Assembly (NCBI GenBank): GCA_004764695.1
Contig: SMSO01000025.1
Coordinates: forward strand, 2,976,001-3,040,000
Length of the DNA: 64,000 nt
From: Schizochytrium sp. TIO01
Lineage: Eukaryota > Protista > Bigyra: Labyrinthulomycetes
Direction: 5' to 3'
Part shown: positions 23,101-34,281 of the stretch, piece after piece
Numbering within the stretch: position 1 is the stretch's first letter
Layout: each line of letters starts with the position of its first letter
Made by a program: the position numbers and the translations under genes
The notes under the pieces: generated by a model
What the model saw: only the letters and a program-made list of their open reading frames with translations
Told to the model about the DNA's origin: nothing
The model's database searches: none

Positions 23101-25052
23101 AGCTTGTGCCCATGCTTTTAGAATTTGGCGCTGACGTAAATATCTCGGAAGCTCAATCTGGAACCTATCCATTGCATTGGCTCTCTGTGGGCATGTCGCG
23201 AGGGGGCTATTCGAGTAGCCCTTCAGATTACTCAGGATGGCTCGATGATCTCGTCAAACATGGTGCTGAACTCGACCTTACTGATCTGCAGGGTAGAACT
23301 GCACTGCATGTCGCTATTTCCAAGGGCCAAGCACTCGTATCCTTTGATTTGCTGGATCAAGGCGCTGATCCAAACATCATTGATGCAGAGGGAAACCTTG
23401 CACTCCATTTGGCTTGCAAAGGCGCTGGTGCTGGAATCATTCAAGCGCTTCTTGATAAGGGTAATAAGAAGCCTTTAAAAGAAGGAGTGTATAATGATCA
23501 TGGTCGTGGAAAGCCTCTGGCAGATCGTATTGCATTTCGTGTGGATCAAGCTCTGGAATCTGGTCTTAGGGAGCTCTTGCAACCTAAGATTATCAGTGAT
23601 CTTCGTACCAAACCACAAGAACTTATGCAAGTATACAATAAAGCTGGTTGGAGCCCGTTTAATGTGTTATTAAGTGGTTCATTGTCTCCGGCATCGTCTA
23701 GTCTTCCTTCAATATATAGCGCAGGCGAACCTGTTCAACAAGATGCGATTGCTGCGTGGCAGGGTCGCTCAGGTGCTCTTGCTGCACTTCTAGATTATCC
23801 TTCCCTAGATGTAGGATCTCTCATAACTGAGCACCGCGGTACTGGGAACGTGAATTCCTTTGAGTGCTTCTTTCAGCACCAAATCCCGGACGAAGTTTCA
23901 GAATTTGCTTGTTCTATGCTCGGATACCTCTTGCAATATAGCGGAATCGGAAGTGCTCAAGGTCTGGTTGCTTCGGATGACCACGGCTTGTCAGCGTTGC
24001 ATTACGCGTGTATTCATCTGCCAACGGAGATTGTCGTAACAGAGGTTCTGAAGGTTTTGGGTGACATGGGTAGTTGGGAGGTTACTGGGGAGATTGCAGT
24101 CGATCCATTGACACTTCTCACACCTTGGCGAGATGTCAATGATACCTCGAGAATGTTGTTTTCATGGCTCTTAGACTTTGGACAAAGGTTTTCAGACATT
24201 GTGTCATCTCAAAATTTTCGCAGCGACATTCCGGATCATCTTACCGGCACTCCGCTCACAGTTGCAGCAGAGCTTGGAGATATTGAAACGGTCCAACTCC
24301 TTTTGGAAAACAATAATATTTACCTCGATGCAAAGGAAATGGCTACTGGTCGGACGGCGTTACACATGGCTTGTGAACAAGGTCATACAGATATTGCTAT
24401 TCAGTTGGCTGTTGACGGTGCAGACATGGAGATTACTGACAGTGTACGCAATGAGGCTCCAATATTCTTTGTTGTTCGCGGAGGCCATGTGGATTCTCTC
24501 GTCAGATTGGTTGGAAATACAGAAGAGCCTGGTATCTTGTATGGGCAGCTGCAATTTGTCAATGCTGATGGAGACTCGCCTCTTCTTATGGCAGAAGAGT
24601 TAAGTATGCACGCAGACCAGGGCTCGCGCTATGATGATCTTGTCCAGTTTTTGTTGAGAGCTACAACACGCGATGATGAAGATGTTGCAGCAAATCCTGT
24701 TCCTGCATCAACAGATCCAGTATGGAGACCCGTTAAATACCTTTCTGAAGAGAACGGCGAGGAGGCTAGGTTGGAAGTCTTCCCTGGCCAGCATCGTCAC
24801 CCATGTTTTTCCCGAGGAATTGCTTATTCTAAGTGGCAAGTTGCCGTGGAAAAGGCTGATGAAGCAGATCGCGTGCTTAAAGAGAAAGAAGAAGCTGCAA
24901 CTCGAATTCAGGCCCTACACCGAGGCAGAACGCTGCGTATTAAAGGTGTAACAGGACCTTCCAACGATTCTGATGAAAGTGGGAAGAAGAAGAAAAAGAA
25001 GAAGGGCGATGATGATGAGAAGAAGAAAAAGAAGAAGTCCAAGAAAAAGTAG
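20199..25052 (+). CDS. Large ankyrin-repeat protein with ARM/HEAT-like N-terminal half, IQ motif and polybasic tail
   Basis: Ankyrin motifs GVTPLMWA, GTYPLHW, GRTALHVA, GNLALHLA, GLSALHYA, GTPLTVA and GRTALHMA. IQ motif AATRIQALHRGR and a Lys-rich C-terminus. The Leu-rich helical N-terminal half is only tentatively ARM-like. Start at ATG 20199. Confidence 0.8.
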   Translation: MKGEAIDPKDLKACAKLLKQTKKESKVLEGLAILSKAQPHQIATFMEEGAVMVPLTSLIDLAKLSERVVQESLAILAVYLNLEDHDGPTKFIAEGQTKKSSPCRGIERFLKVLQQENQKITTESLKCLAGLSKALNTLEDGAELLQSITEHCITLLEGEETPEEACMRTIRTLLAVLNAGSPVETIINAVLKVCVDESTPVKIQDAASQMLYEATALPECTNFIIESPERPTQISALFLNSIHRLVGYTPAKGEAPDLTEKNLKLAETGARSALLLFLWILVSWKQPPPMLERGSDESELLQSWVLDESCYDSLLSLLKSKRSIVDEVLACLPQLPEQHIKALADRNAADILLHLLNERNDPQIVNQSKEDIDSPDDDVEEEKENSDAEHEHEHEHDKIIKEIQNSDLEPKHKIPRHPPLPLEYALHMMLSHMEAPACKIEDLKTVISRAPTQAMRLLMRLIHEKEAKLHDMEEFKTWIDGLVKGGVFHTLAQQIHSFTVKEAQARAMKILLHLVRWNSQGPNQTALKDPIKWMDLWGACLHACASHSENPTLTACHLVDPLRRPPLRPLHDIEMRWPSKAVETVPGESDVPDDIAACALQLLTTSIEADNEELALHDAEEGKNAPSRFFDRILLSADICLGKFVVESLIASAKTSTIMIQQASLDALRALCSISNGRETVLAQNLSTSEDETHTDNTVDSDKEEEVVTFMSHAQGSKFEVMQRISKTLSQILYDHEQSDQAIQYTIAVLQELCKDQCEEGHEHDQPIDADLFCVAVLQEAILPALVAIVSYEPLQGNIVDYVKYVVLRGECRERAWRTWQEPELNEEGNAILDEEGHPVLVTKGLGDDPNHGPDCKSWAPLLDIPCRSLKSHKRMTHLPELSDQTAVALLVRQPETDVLVNLLDAFIRVGADLEQAAPHDGVTPLMWASVKANERCTRNLLESNRVDIDAIDVDGFNVCAWGFAGAKLVPMLLEFGADVNISEAQSGTYPLHWLSVGMSRGGYSSSPSDYSGWLDDLVKHGAELDLTDLQGRTALHVAISKGQALVSFDLLDQGADPNIIDAEGNLALHLACKGAGAGIIQALLDKGNKKPLKEGVYNDHGRGKPLADRIAFRVDQALESGLRELLQPKIISDLRTKPQELMQVYNKAGWSPFNVLLSGSLSPASSSLPSIYSAGEPVQQDAIAAWQGRSGALAALLDYPSLDVGSLITEHRGTGNVNSFECFFQHQIPDEVSEFACSMLGYLLQYSGIGSAQGLVASDDHGLSALHYACIHLPTEIVVTEVLKVLGDMGSWEVTGEIAVDPLTLLTPWRDVNDTSRMLFSWLLDFGQRFSDIVSSQNFRSDIPDHLTGTPLTVAAELGDIETVQLLLENNNIYLDAKEMATGRTALHMACEQGHTDIAIQLAVDGADMEITDSVRNEAPIFFVVRGGHVDSLVRLVGNTEEPGILYGQLQFVNADGDSPLLMAEELSMHADQGSRYDDLVQFLLRATTRDDEDVAANPVPASTDPVWRPVKYLSEENGEEARLEVFPGQHRHPCFSRGIAYSKWQVAVEKADEADRVLKEKEEAATRIQALHRGRTLRIKGVTGPSNDSDESGKKKKKKKGDDDEKKKKKKSKKK

Positions 25053-25388
25053 TGTGCTAAACCATATGTTTAACATACAGATAGTAATAGTAGTAGCAAA
25101 CTTAAGCATATGCGAGGCCATGCTCAACCTAAAGTATAAAAATGTCAGAATAAAAAAAGAAAAAATGTTAACTTCTTGTTGAATATATGAAAGCTTCAAT
25201 ACGATATCCCAAATCCACTTCTGCTGCTTCTTGCGTGTGATGCACGATCAAGATACTTTTTATCATATCTCGATCTTTGCGATATACAACCTCCGCGCTG
25301 TTCTCAGAAATCTAAATGCTTGCTGATTCCTGGGATTTTGTTTGGGCTAGCTTCTTACACTGACAAGTCCACACACCAAAAAGTGCAT

Positions 25389-26501
25389 CTACTCGCTGAC
25401 TGCGTTGTGGTTCGTGGGGGGCTCTTCATCTCGATCTTCACGGCGATCTCTGCGATCGTCACGGCGGTCATCGCGGCGATCGTCGCGGCGGTCATCGCGG
25501 CGGTCATCGCGGCGGCGGTCATAGTCACGATCGCGTCTATCATAGTCGCGATCGCGTCTATCATAGTCCCTGTCGCGTCTGTCGCGTCTGTCGCGGTCAT
25601 AATCATAGTCACGTCGATCACGGCGATCATAGTCATCCCTGCGCCGGTCTCTGTCGTAGTCATCCCTGCGACGATCGTAGTCGCGATCCCGGCGATCATA
25701 GTCACGGTCGCGGCGGTCATAGTCACGGTCCCGACGGTCGTAGTCCCGGGGCCCTCCACGGTGATCTCTGCGGTCTCTTCCTCCACGACCGCCTCCGCGA
25801 CCTCTTCCTCCACGGCCGCCTCGGCGGTCGTTGCGCCCCCTGCGATCGTTCCTATCATTGTGCGCATCATGTCTTCCTTCACCGTTCGCGTCGTCTCCCT
25901 CACCTCCTTCACGAGGGCCATCTCCGTCGCGGTTGAAGTTCTTGCGACCACGGCCTCTTTTGCTGTTTCCGCGGCGTTCATTGTTGCCATGCTTGCGGGG
26001 CTTTTCTGCGTGGCTGGCAGCGACCTTCTCACCTGCGATCTCGAGCTTACCATCCTGAGCAGCGGCGATGGCTGCCTCGGCATGAGCTGCCTCGAGGTAC
26101 CTCACGAAGGCGTACTTGGGGCGAGGGCGGTTTTTCCTGCGGTCGGGTCTGTAGATGTCTCCAATTGATCCAAACTCAGCAAAGATCTCGCGCAGGTCTT
26201 CGGCAGTTGCGGATTCCGCAAGATTGTCTACCTTGATGGTAATCATATCATCAATGCCCTCGGGAACGCGTCTCTTCGGTCTCTTTTGGGCATCGTCGTC
26301 TTGATCGTCCTCCATTTTCTCGCCGTTGTCATCCTCATTATCCTTGTTGTCGTCATTGTTATCTTCTTCGCCATCGTTGTTCTGATTGTCTTCATTGACG
26401 TCATCGTTTTCGTTGGATGCGTTGTCGACGGGGCTGCTGCCTCCGTCCTCCTGGCCTGCGCCGCTGCCGGTCTCCATGCCAGCCTTCTCGTCGTCAGACA
26501 T
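25389..26501 (-). CDS. SRSF2: SRSF2/SC35-like RRM protein with RGG and RD-repeat tail
   Basis: The RRM (IDDMITIKVDNL...LREIFAEFGSIGDIY...YAFVRY) resembles the SRSF2 RRM. It is followed by RGG and (R)DYDRR/DDRR repeats. Start at ATG 26501. Confidence 0.72.
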   Translation of the reverse strand: MSDDEKAGMETGSGAGQEDGGSSPVDNASNENDDVNEDNQNNDGEEDNNDDNKDNEDDNGEKMEDDQDDDAQKRPKRRVPEGIDDMITIKVDNLAESATAEDLREIFAEFGSIGDIYRPDRRKNRPRPKYAFVRYLEAAHAEAAIAAAQDGKLEIAGEKVAASHAEKPRKHGNNERRGNSKRGRGRKNFNRDGDGPREGGEGDDANGEGRHDAHNDRNDRRGRNDRRGGRGGRGRGGGRGGRDRRDHRGGPRDYDRRDRDYDRRDRDYDRRDRDYDRRRDDYDRDRRRDDYDRRDRRDYDYDRDRRDRRDRDYDRRDRDYDRRDRDYDRRRDDRRDDRRDDRRDDRRDDRRDRREDRDEEPPTNHNAVSE

Positions 26502-27415
26502 GATGCAGATGAACAAATCCGACTGCCTCCTTGCTCCCTGCCAACGATCGCACGCTCTTCTCAGCGGTCCAGACTGCTCTGCTTGGGTCTAACCCGGTCT
26601 TGCCCGGCCCGATCCAATCTGATCTGGCCAAGAAGATCGAAGGAAGTGATCCTTCCTCCGCGATGATTTGCGCTTTGATCGCTTCAATATTGCTGTGCCT
26701 TTTAACTACGAGGTAGCTATCCAAATCCCTTCTCTCTTCTCTCTTCTCTCTTCTCTCTCGCTTTCTTTTCGCTCTCTTTTGCTGTAGGTACTACAAGTCA
26801 GTTAGATAGAAAGCATCTCAAACATTCTCTCACATTCTTTTGGAGCGTATCTAGGCCACCTCTCTCTCTATACTTCACTGACAGAGTGTATTCTTCACTT
26901 GCCACCGCCTATACTCTACTTGCGCCACTGTAGACTACTCACTTTACTTTTCACGTTGTGCTCGATTTTCCATCCGCACATTTTACCTCGTCTACGAAAC
27001 AAAGGGCTCTGCCCGGCCTATCGGACCCTACGCCACTGCTACAGGGCCTCCTCCCAACGCTCGAGCGTCTTCTATGGGGGGAAAAATGCTATAACCCACT
27101 TGCACGAGAATAAGTCATTGTGTGGAAGTAAATATCTAACTTGTCCGGCGCTCTCCAAGTCGATACTTGGCGCCACAAGTAGAGGGTCCGCCAGGGGCTA
27201 CTATAAGCTACTATAACTGACTTGAGCGAGAGAGTGTAAATAGGGTATAGAGGGGTGTAAGTAGCTTATGAGGAGCGTCAGTGGATTATAGCGAGGAGCA
27301 AGTGAAGTATAGGAGTGCAAAGAAACGAAAGTGCAGACTCCTTCTTATTCGTTCTCCTTTTGGAGGAGCAGAGCTGCAGAAATTGAGAGACCAGCGACGG
27401 TGCTGAAGGAGTGAA

Positions 27416-27556
27416 ATGAGGCGCGGGTTCCTGCTTGCGAAGCGCAGGAGTACTGGTGATAATGACGGTTCCGCGAGCTCATCGATGGCTAGCTCTGGCG
27501 CTACAGCCAGGATAACACCACCCTCAAACTCGCCGACCCGTGAGGCCCAACCGCTC

Positions 27557-27591
<35 letters not shown>

Positions 27592-30500
27592 GCAGCAGCA
27601 ACAACAGCAACAACAGCAACAACACAAAAACGGGCATGAACATAAGGAGTTGGGATCCTCGATTGAAAATTCTTCAGGGTTTCGATCTGGTGAAGCAAGA
27701 GGTTATTCAACGCAAGTTTCCGAAGCACCGTCGGAATTGCTGATGTCATCTACGAATACGCCGTTAATCGCTCAGCAGTCTCAACGTTTGCAGCAGCAGC
27801 AGCAGCAGCAAGCCCAAATGGTAATGCAACAGGGAAAATCTAGTGCAGGAATTGATGGAGTTTTGAAAGGAAGCTCGGGTGACACAAAACCGAAAAGATC
27901 TACAAAAGAGCCTTCAGCAGGCGCCAACTCCTCAGCTCATGTGAAGAGAGGTAATTTAGGGGTTGATGTTGGCAATAGACAACCTCAAAGGCAGCAATTT
28001 TGGCAGAATTTACGGCATGGGGAGCATGGTTCCGCAAGATCCCTCACACCCCCTGTAGATCACAATTCCGAAGCATCATCACCTTCGTTGTCTCCAGCAG
28101 CATCAACAGCAACTGGCACTACTACAAAAACAGGAAGTGGATCTGAGCCTACATCCGAATCAACGTCTACAAGAAAGAAGACAATTGCTCATGGAAGGGC
28201 AATTGCAGCATCGTCCTCTGCAGAAGCTCGTCGACGCTGGGAGTATGCTAGAGCTGCAGCAGGGCGACAAGTTCGCCGCGTCCAAAATGCTCATGACCTG
28301 GACCCCCGTGAACCATTTCGACATGTGCTGGATGACGTCAAACGGGCCAGTACTCGCCTGCATGGCCGGAAACGTCGTAATAAGCGTTCAGGTGCTAATG
28401 CCGCGACATCTACAAACAACGCTACCGAAGAAGGTTCGGACTCTTCAAGCTCCTACGGCCCGGATGGCAGCGATGTAGATGCTGCTGACAACGACTCAGA
28501 CACCGAGGATAATGGTGAAAAGAGGCGTGTGGGTCAGGTAATTTCTCGCATATTACGACCTCGACATGGTTTTGTTTTTGACAAGTCTCATCATCATGCG
28601 CGCCGGCGTCGTTCACAATCTCTAAGCAATTTGAAGTCACGTTCTTCATCTGATGACGAGGATGCAGTGGAGGCAAGTATTCATGAGCGAACCGGTCGTG
28701 CCGGTGCAACCGGGGCTACTCAGGCTTCTGGGGTGGCTGTGAAGCATCGTGTAGATGGTGGAGGTGGAGGTGGCTATGAGTCTAGCGATGCCAAACATGG
28801 CCGCCGTTCCCGGGGATCTTCGCCAGTTCCCACGTCAGCACCTCAAACATCCACAAGTACTGGGGGAGTGGCGACATCATCAACATCAACCAGTCGCCCT
28901 CATTTTTTTGGGCGTATGCAGCAACAGCTTCGCCAATCGCCCAAGAAGTGGCCCCAACAACTGGCAAAGGAGGTAGAGGAGCAATTCACATGCTCCATCT
29001 GTCTTTCAGTCTACGATCAACCAGTGAAAACGCCCTGCGGCCACATTTTCTGTCGCTCCTGCCTTGCTGAAACTCACAAGCATGCGCAACAACAAAACCA
29101 ACAGAATCAACCGCATCAGACTCAGAACCAGAACCGTACACACATTCAAATTTCTCCAGAACAATTTCTTGCTCTTGCCCAGCGGGCTTCCAATCTTAAT
29201 GCTGCTGGAAATCAAGCCCAGACTCAGCAACAAAGTCAACAGCAAGAACATGTGACTTCTATAAACGGTATTCCTGTTTCTGCAGGGCAGACTCATGGGT
29301 TGACTGGTGTGCAACAAGGACAGACAATTCATGTACAAGCCGTAGCTGCGTCAAGCAATCGAAATCCACAGGTTCTTTCATGTCCCTTATGCCGCAGTCG
29401 TATTGAAGATGATGTCTCTGATCTACCACTCGCATCAGAGACTGTAGCAGAAATGCGGCGATACACCGTGCCTTGTACAAATAAGGGCTGTAAAGCCGTG
29501 GTGGCACTCTCAGGAATTCGCGCACACCAGCGGGAATGCGAGTGGGTAGTCACACCATGTTTACATGCCACAGCAGGTTGCGAATGGAGAAGTCTTAAGA
29601 AGGACCTTCAATCTCATTTAGAGGTTTGCCCTTATCATGCAATTCGTAGGCTATTTCCGAAAGTGTTTGGTAAGATTGAACACGTTCATAAGCTCGCACA
29701 CACCCTTCAGGCTTCCCTAACAGCCCATGATAATATTTTTCGGCATCAGCAGCGTCAGCTTATGCAGCTAAACCATTTGCGTGCGACAAGCTTTTTTGAT
29801 CATATCAAGTATCTCGCACTGTACTTCTGGTGGCCCCAACGTCTTGCTTCCACTCAAGCACAATGGTTTAAGTTCCCTGTGTTTATGCACATGTCCAGTA
29901 TTTTTCTTTTACCTCTTCTCTGCTGTGCCTATATTGTGACAACTGGTAGACTACATGGGTACACTGGCCACTTCCGGATCCCGGCAAACGCAACAATGCC
30001 CTTAAAGGATCTTTGGGAAGAGGCCGTGACACACGCTCTTAATTTTACTGTGCCGGAGCCTGCGCGGCGTCTGGGAGCTACTTCACCAGACGCATTTTTG
30101 CCCGAACTTCTTGGTCCTACTGGCAATCCGATGCGAATTGGTTTATGTGACCCAGATCGATATCCAGAGTGGGCATGCACTCATTTGCCAGCAATTTTTT
30201 CGTTGATATTAATGGTAATTTTCCTCGAAGTGGGCTTGCTAGAGGGAGCACACTCGAACCGAAGATTACGTATCAAAATCATAAATACGACTTTAACGAA
30301 TGGTGGTGGCTCTAGGCCTTCACGAGTTGAGGTCGGCCCGACGCTCGCTGAACAAAACCCAAATAGTATACTTGAGGACTGGCGTTTGGTAATCCGCAAT
30401 AAAGTTGCACCACTACAGATTCTCCTTGGCATTGGGGTATGCCTTCTGTTTTCGCAGGCAACTTTATGGTACCATGTTGTAATGTTCATTGCATTTCTTC

Positions 30501-30943
30501 CTGCGCTGTGTCTCCATGAAACTCTGGTAGAGCATAAATTTGTCCAGCCACTTCTGATGGGTGCTTTTCTTGGCTTTCAATGTGCATGGGTTCACCCCCG
30601 AGTCATGTTCGTGGCAAATGTGCTAGCGTTTGTGCATACTCCATACTGTCCTGTTTTCAAAGAAGATGATGCTTTCGCCTCACGCGTTCGTTTAGCCTCG
30701 GTGGGGCTCATGAATTTAGCTTTGCCTGAAATGTATTTCCTTGGATTTGCTTTGAGTATGGGTCTTTTTTTTGCTGTGCGCCTTGCGCTTTCCACCCTGA
30801 GAAAACGGCTACAAAATTCGGTTAACCAGGGAACGCCAGACCCCGTTTGTCACGCGGTCTTGCTTTTAGGTGGAGCGGGAAATGCTATGTTGGTATGGAA
30901 GGCAATCCTCGTCGCGATTGAGCGTTCTGTGGTTACTGCTTAA
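27416..30943 (+). CDS. RING (C3HC4) + TRAF-type zinc finger E3 ligase-like protein with C-terminal multi-pass transmembrane region
   Basis: 1175 aa. PolyQ and disordered N-terminus, CSIC..PCGHIFCRSC...CPLC RING, two TRAF-type Zn fingers (CTNKGC...HQREC; CLHATAGC...HLEVC), and many hydrophobic helices in the C-terminal third. Confidence 0.8.
27557..27622 (+). repeat. CAG/CAA repeat encoding Q22
   Basis: 22 consecutive CAG/CAA codons read directly. Confidence 0.95.
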
Positions 30944-31779
30944 GATGACTCCCTGATATGTTATAGATTTGAAGCTAGACTTACTTGCTTTATAAAAGAA
31001 AATGTACTTTACTTTTTGCGTACGACGAACCTAAGGTAACATATTCAGGTGAAAGTCAAGTATCTTTTTTGGTTTGGTATATGCCGGCGTTTGTGCTTCC
31101 GACTGTGAAAATCTAAAGAAACCACCCAACCCGATGAGAACGAAATGACCCTTGCCTTGGAGAGCGGAAGGCCATTATGTTGAATTGTGTAATATCACAA
31201 CTTCAGCTTCTTACAGATCTTTGCATGATCATCGCAATCTTTGTTTAAATCATTTGAACCATTATAGCAGAACTTGTTCAAACTCAAGTCCAAATTCAAG
31301 CTGAATTTCATTGTTAAAGTAACACGCTCCATGCCATTTATTAAATTGTACTGTAGGCCGCTTTTCTCGGAAGAATTTGTAACTACTATCAAATCCTCGC
31401 ATGGCAAGTGGCACAGTGCTCAGCGCAGATGGCTATTGAGAACACCAAAAATAAATGCATTGCAATTTTGAAGATTTCTTTTCTTGAAAAGAACTAATTG
31501 TTAATGGTGCAAGAATTCTAAAATGAGAATTTCACATGTGACCTGATGCCCTTTAAAAAAAAATAAAAAATTGCTGGAGGTCTTTAACCTCTAACAAGAC
31601 AAGTCATTTATTTACTGATTTGTTTAATGTATGCGAGACATAAGACCTTTTTTTCTGGGGAGGGGGAGGATATCAAAGTCAAAAAATTGTTTTTTGTTAA
31701 TTTCTTTTTGTATAACAGAGAAGTTTATTTAGAATGGAAATCGCATATAACACACATGTTTTTGTTGAATGAGTTAGCA

Positions 31780-32601
31780 TTATTGAGCAGTGCTCTCAGC
31801 TTCCTCTTCAGCCTCAGTCTCCGCATCAATCTCGTGGAGACCGCATACAGCGTTGAATGGAACAGCGTAATTCATTAAACGCGGGTATGGCAAATTCAAG
31901 TGGGTCATGATGTCTTTGAAAGTTTCTCTGTCTTTAGTCAATCGCGGGTTGTGCACTTTCTCCTCGCCAACAGTTGACATAGTACGTCCTCGGTAGTCGT
32001 GTCCGGGAAAGATAATGGTATCATCGTCGAGTGTAAAGATTTTATCATGCACTGAGTCATAAAGCTTGTCTGCATCACCGTTTTGAAAGTCAGTACGGCC
32101 ACATCCTCGAATAAGAACAGTGTCTCCAGTGAAAGCCATTTTCACATTGTCATTTTCAAGAAGAAGGGTGTGGCACCCGGCTGTGTGCCCAGGTGTATGC
32201 AAAAACTTGAGAGCGTATTCACCAAAGTGAAGAGCTGCTCCATCTGCGACCTTGAGGTCAGCTTTTGCTTCTTCATTACCGTTCTGGCCTAGTACAGTTT
32301 TCATGTCAAAAACCTGCTGCTTGAGTCGTCCCGTTGCAGTGGAGTGATCTGCATGAATATGGGTATTAATTGCGTACTTAAGCTTTGGGTGTTCAATAAC
32401 CTCCGTCATCACACCTAAGTCTCTGTCAATATGACTAAGAACAGGATCAATTAGCACAGCCTCTCCGCTCTTTGTGTCTCCTAAAAGATATGTATAGGTG
32501 GATGAGGTTTTATCGAAAAGTTGCCTGAGAACAAGCTGGCTGCTGCCTGCAAGCGTTGAGGTAAGACCTCTTGAGCTCTTAGAAAGGTAGCTTAGAGACA
32601 T
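31780..32601 (-). CDS. ETHE1: Persulfide dioxygenase ETHE1 (metallo-beta-lactamase fold), probably mitochondrial
   Basis: LRQLFD..SSTYTYLL, LIDPV, NTHIHADH, TPGHTAGC, FTGDTVLIRGCGRTDFQ, FPGHDY and EEKVHNPRL. The Ser/Arg-rich, acid-free N-terminus looks like a transit peptide. Start at ATG 32601. Confidence 0.93.
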   Translation of the reverse strand: MSLSYLSKSSRGLTSTLAGSSQLVLRQLFDKTSSTYTYLLGDTKSGEAVLIDPVLSHIDRDLGVMTEVIEHPKLKYAINTHIHADHSTATGRLKQQVFDMKTVLGQNGNEEAKADLKVADGAALHFGEYALKFLHTPGHTAGCHTLLLENDNVKMAFTGDTVLIRGCGRTDFQNGDADKLYDSVHDKIFTLDDDTIIFPGHDYRGRTMSTVGEEKVHNPRLTKDRETFKDIMTHLNLPYPRLMNYAVPFNAVCGLHEIDAETEAEEEAESTAQ

Positions 32602-34020
32602 CTTTACTATCAGCTGCCGGTACCTTACTTTTCTCCGTATCTGCAACAATCACACGTAGTTTTTCTTTGATTGTTTTGCTGCTTCGAGTTCCAGGTTTGC
32701 TGATTCGTATGAGCACTTTTTCCTTGCGAGATTCCGGGTTCGAAAGCGTCCGTATTGTCCGGGCTCATTGAGCCGTTCTGGCTTTAACAATTTATTAATT
32801 CTCCGAAGCAAAAACTCGATCATCGTTGGTGTGCGTTTCGCCAGTCTCTCTCTTTGAGTAAACGCCATCAGTTCGGGGGTTGGTTCTTCAGTCTACAGCA
32901 GTCATGGGTTTTCACGGAGTGGCCATGACCCAGAATCAGGCGTATGGTTTCATGAGGTTTAGATTTTGTCGCACTTTCCCCTCCATGATATTAGGGGGAA
33001 AGGGACACCCGCTTTGACGAGCAGTCAATGACTAACATTCGCCCTGTCCTATTTCTGTCGCTGTTGCATATGAGCGAGGACAGCTGGGTCAAAGCACGCG
33101 CGATAGTTCCTCGATCAGTTGATCACTTTGCCTAACTTATGCAAGCAGAGCAGATATATCTGCGGTAGGACAAAAGGGAATTTGATCCAGTTTTTGACGT
33201 TTCATGAAGAAAGGTCACCCATGCCGAGTTAAAAATAACCTTGCATTCCTTTCAGTCAATAGTTTCCGTCGCTGGAGATGCTCGTAGTGGCCAAGTGCGA
33301 CGTGATCGTTGGCTAGCGGGTTATGAAGAAGGTGCATTAAGCAACATTTGCGTTGATGTCGCTAATTTCGGACGGGGTTTTAACATTTTGTTGGATCGCG
33401 CGTTTGCAATGCGCTTCAAGTGATCGTAGTTTAGATCTTGTTTGCACAGGTCAGTTTTGAATAAACCAGAAAGAAAACTGACTCCATTGAATGGAACAAC
33501 ATTCATTTGCAAAGTTTTTGATCATGGTTTGCCCCCGGAATAATTCCAGAATACTGATTAGGTCTTCGGATAAATCGGCATAACCTCCGGTAGGCCTACT
33601 TAATATAAACTTGCCATAACGATATAAGTCCTAAATAACAAGAGTAGAATATGCTTCACTGTTGTGATTTAAATTCACATTGAATTTAATCAATACGATG
33701 TTCAATCCTTAACTTCAACCTCATATTTGGATATTTCGAGCAAGTAGTTCTATAGCTCCAATAGGTGACGCAGAAACAATTCGTGTGTACCGAGGACTCT
33801 TTGGAGTCCCTCATTTTTCGAGAAGGTTTCTGATTAGTTAAGTCCTATTGTATATGGTAGGACCCCTAGAAGTTAACCGTAGCGCAGAGACGATCTTGTT
33901 TCCTATTTTGTTTAATTACACAGGATAAGGCCAACTAAACGATTGATCAAACACAACTTTAATCATAACAGCAAACCCCAAAAAGCCATCACAAAACCTG
34001 TCTTTTCGCTCGGAGCATCG

Positions 34021-34263
34021 GTAAGTAAAGTGCAGGGTTGTGCGGCTCGCGTGGCACTGCGTATGCGTTTCGCGATCTTAGCTGCTCAGGACTGTTGAAG
34101 AGTCGTCCAATCTATTTTGTCGTTGGGTTCAAGCTGATTGGTTCATCTGGAACGTTGTTAAAGGCTAACTCTCAAGACTATATCTTTGCATTGTCTTGCT
34201 CGGCGTACGTCAATCAATTCAAACCACAGTAATCAAATAGTTTGTTGATCTAGTTTCATACAG
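34021..34263 (+). other. Putative 5'-UTR spliceosomal intron of the FKBP-TPR-cyclophilin gene
   Basis: Consensus donor G|GTAAGT at 34021 and acceptor TTTCATACAG ending at 34263, 18 nt upstream of the ATG at 34282 (context AAACACCATG). Confidence 0.6.
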
Positions 34264-34281
34264 ATTCTCCAAACAAACACC

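Noticed and set aside
25320-26168. Long hydrophobic 282 aa ORF and 242 aa Thr/Ala/Met ORF overlapping the SR-like gene
   Set aside because: Alternative-frame and antisense readings of the RD repeat.
27286-27627. Poly-Cys ORF on the minus strand
   Set aside because: Antisense reading of the CAG/CAA polyQ repeat.
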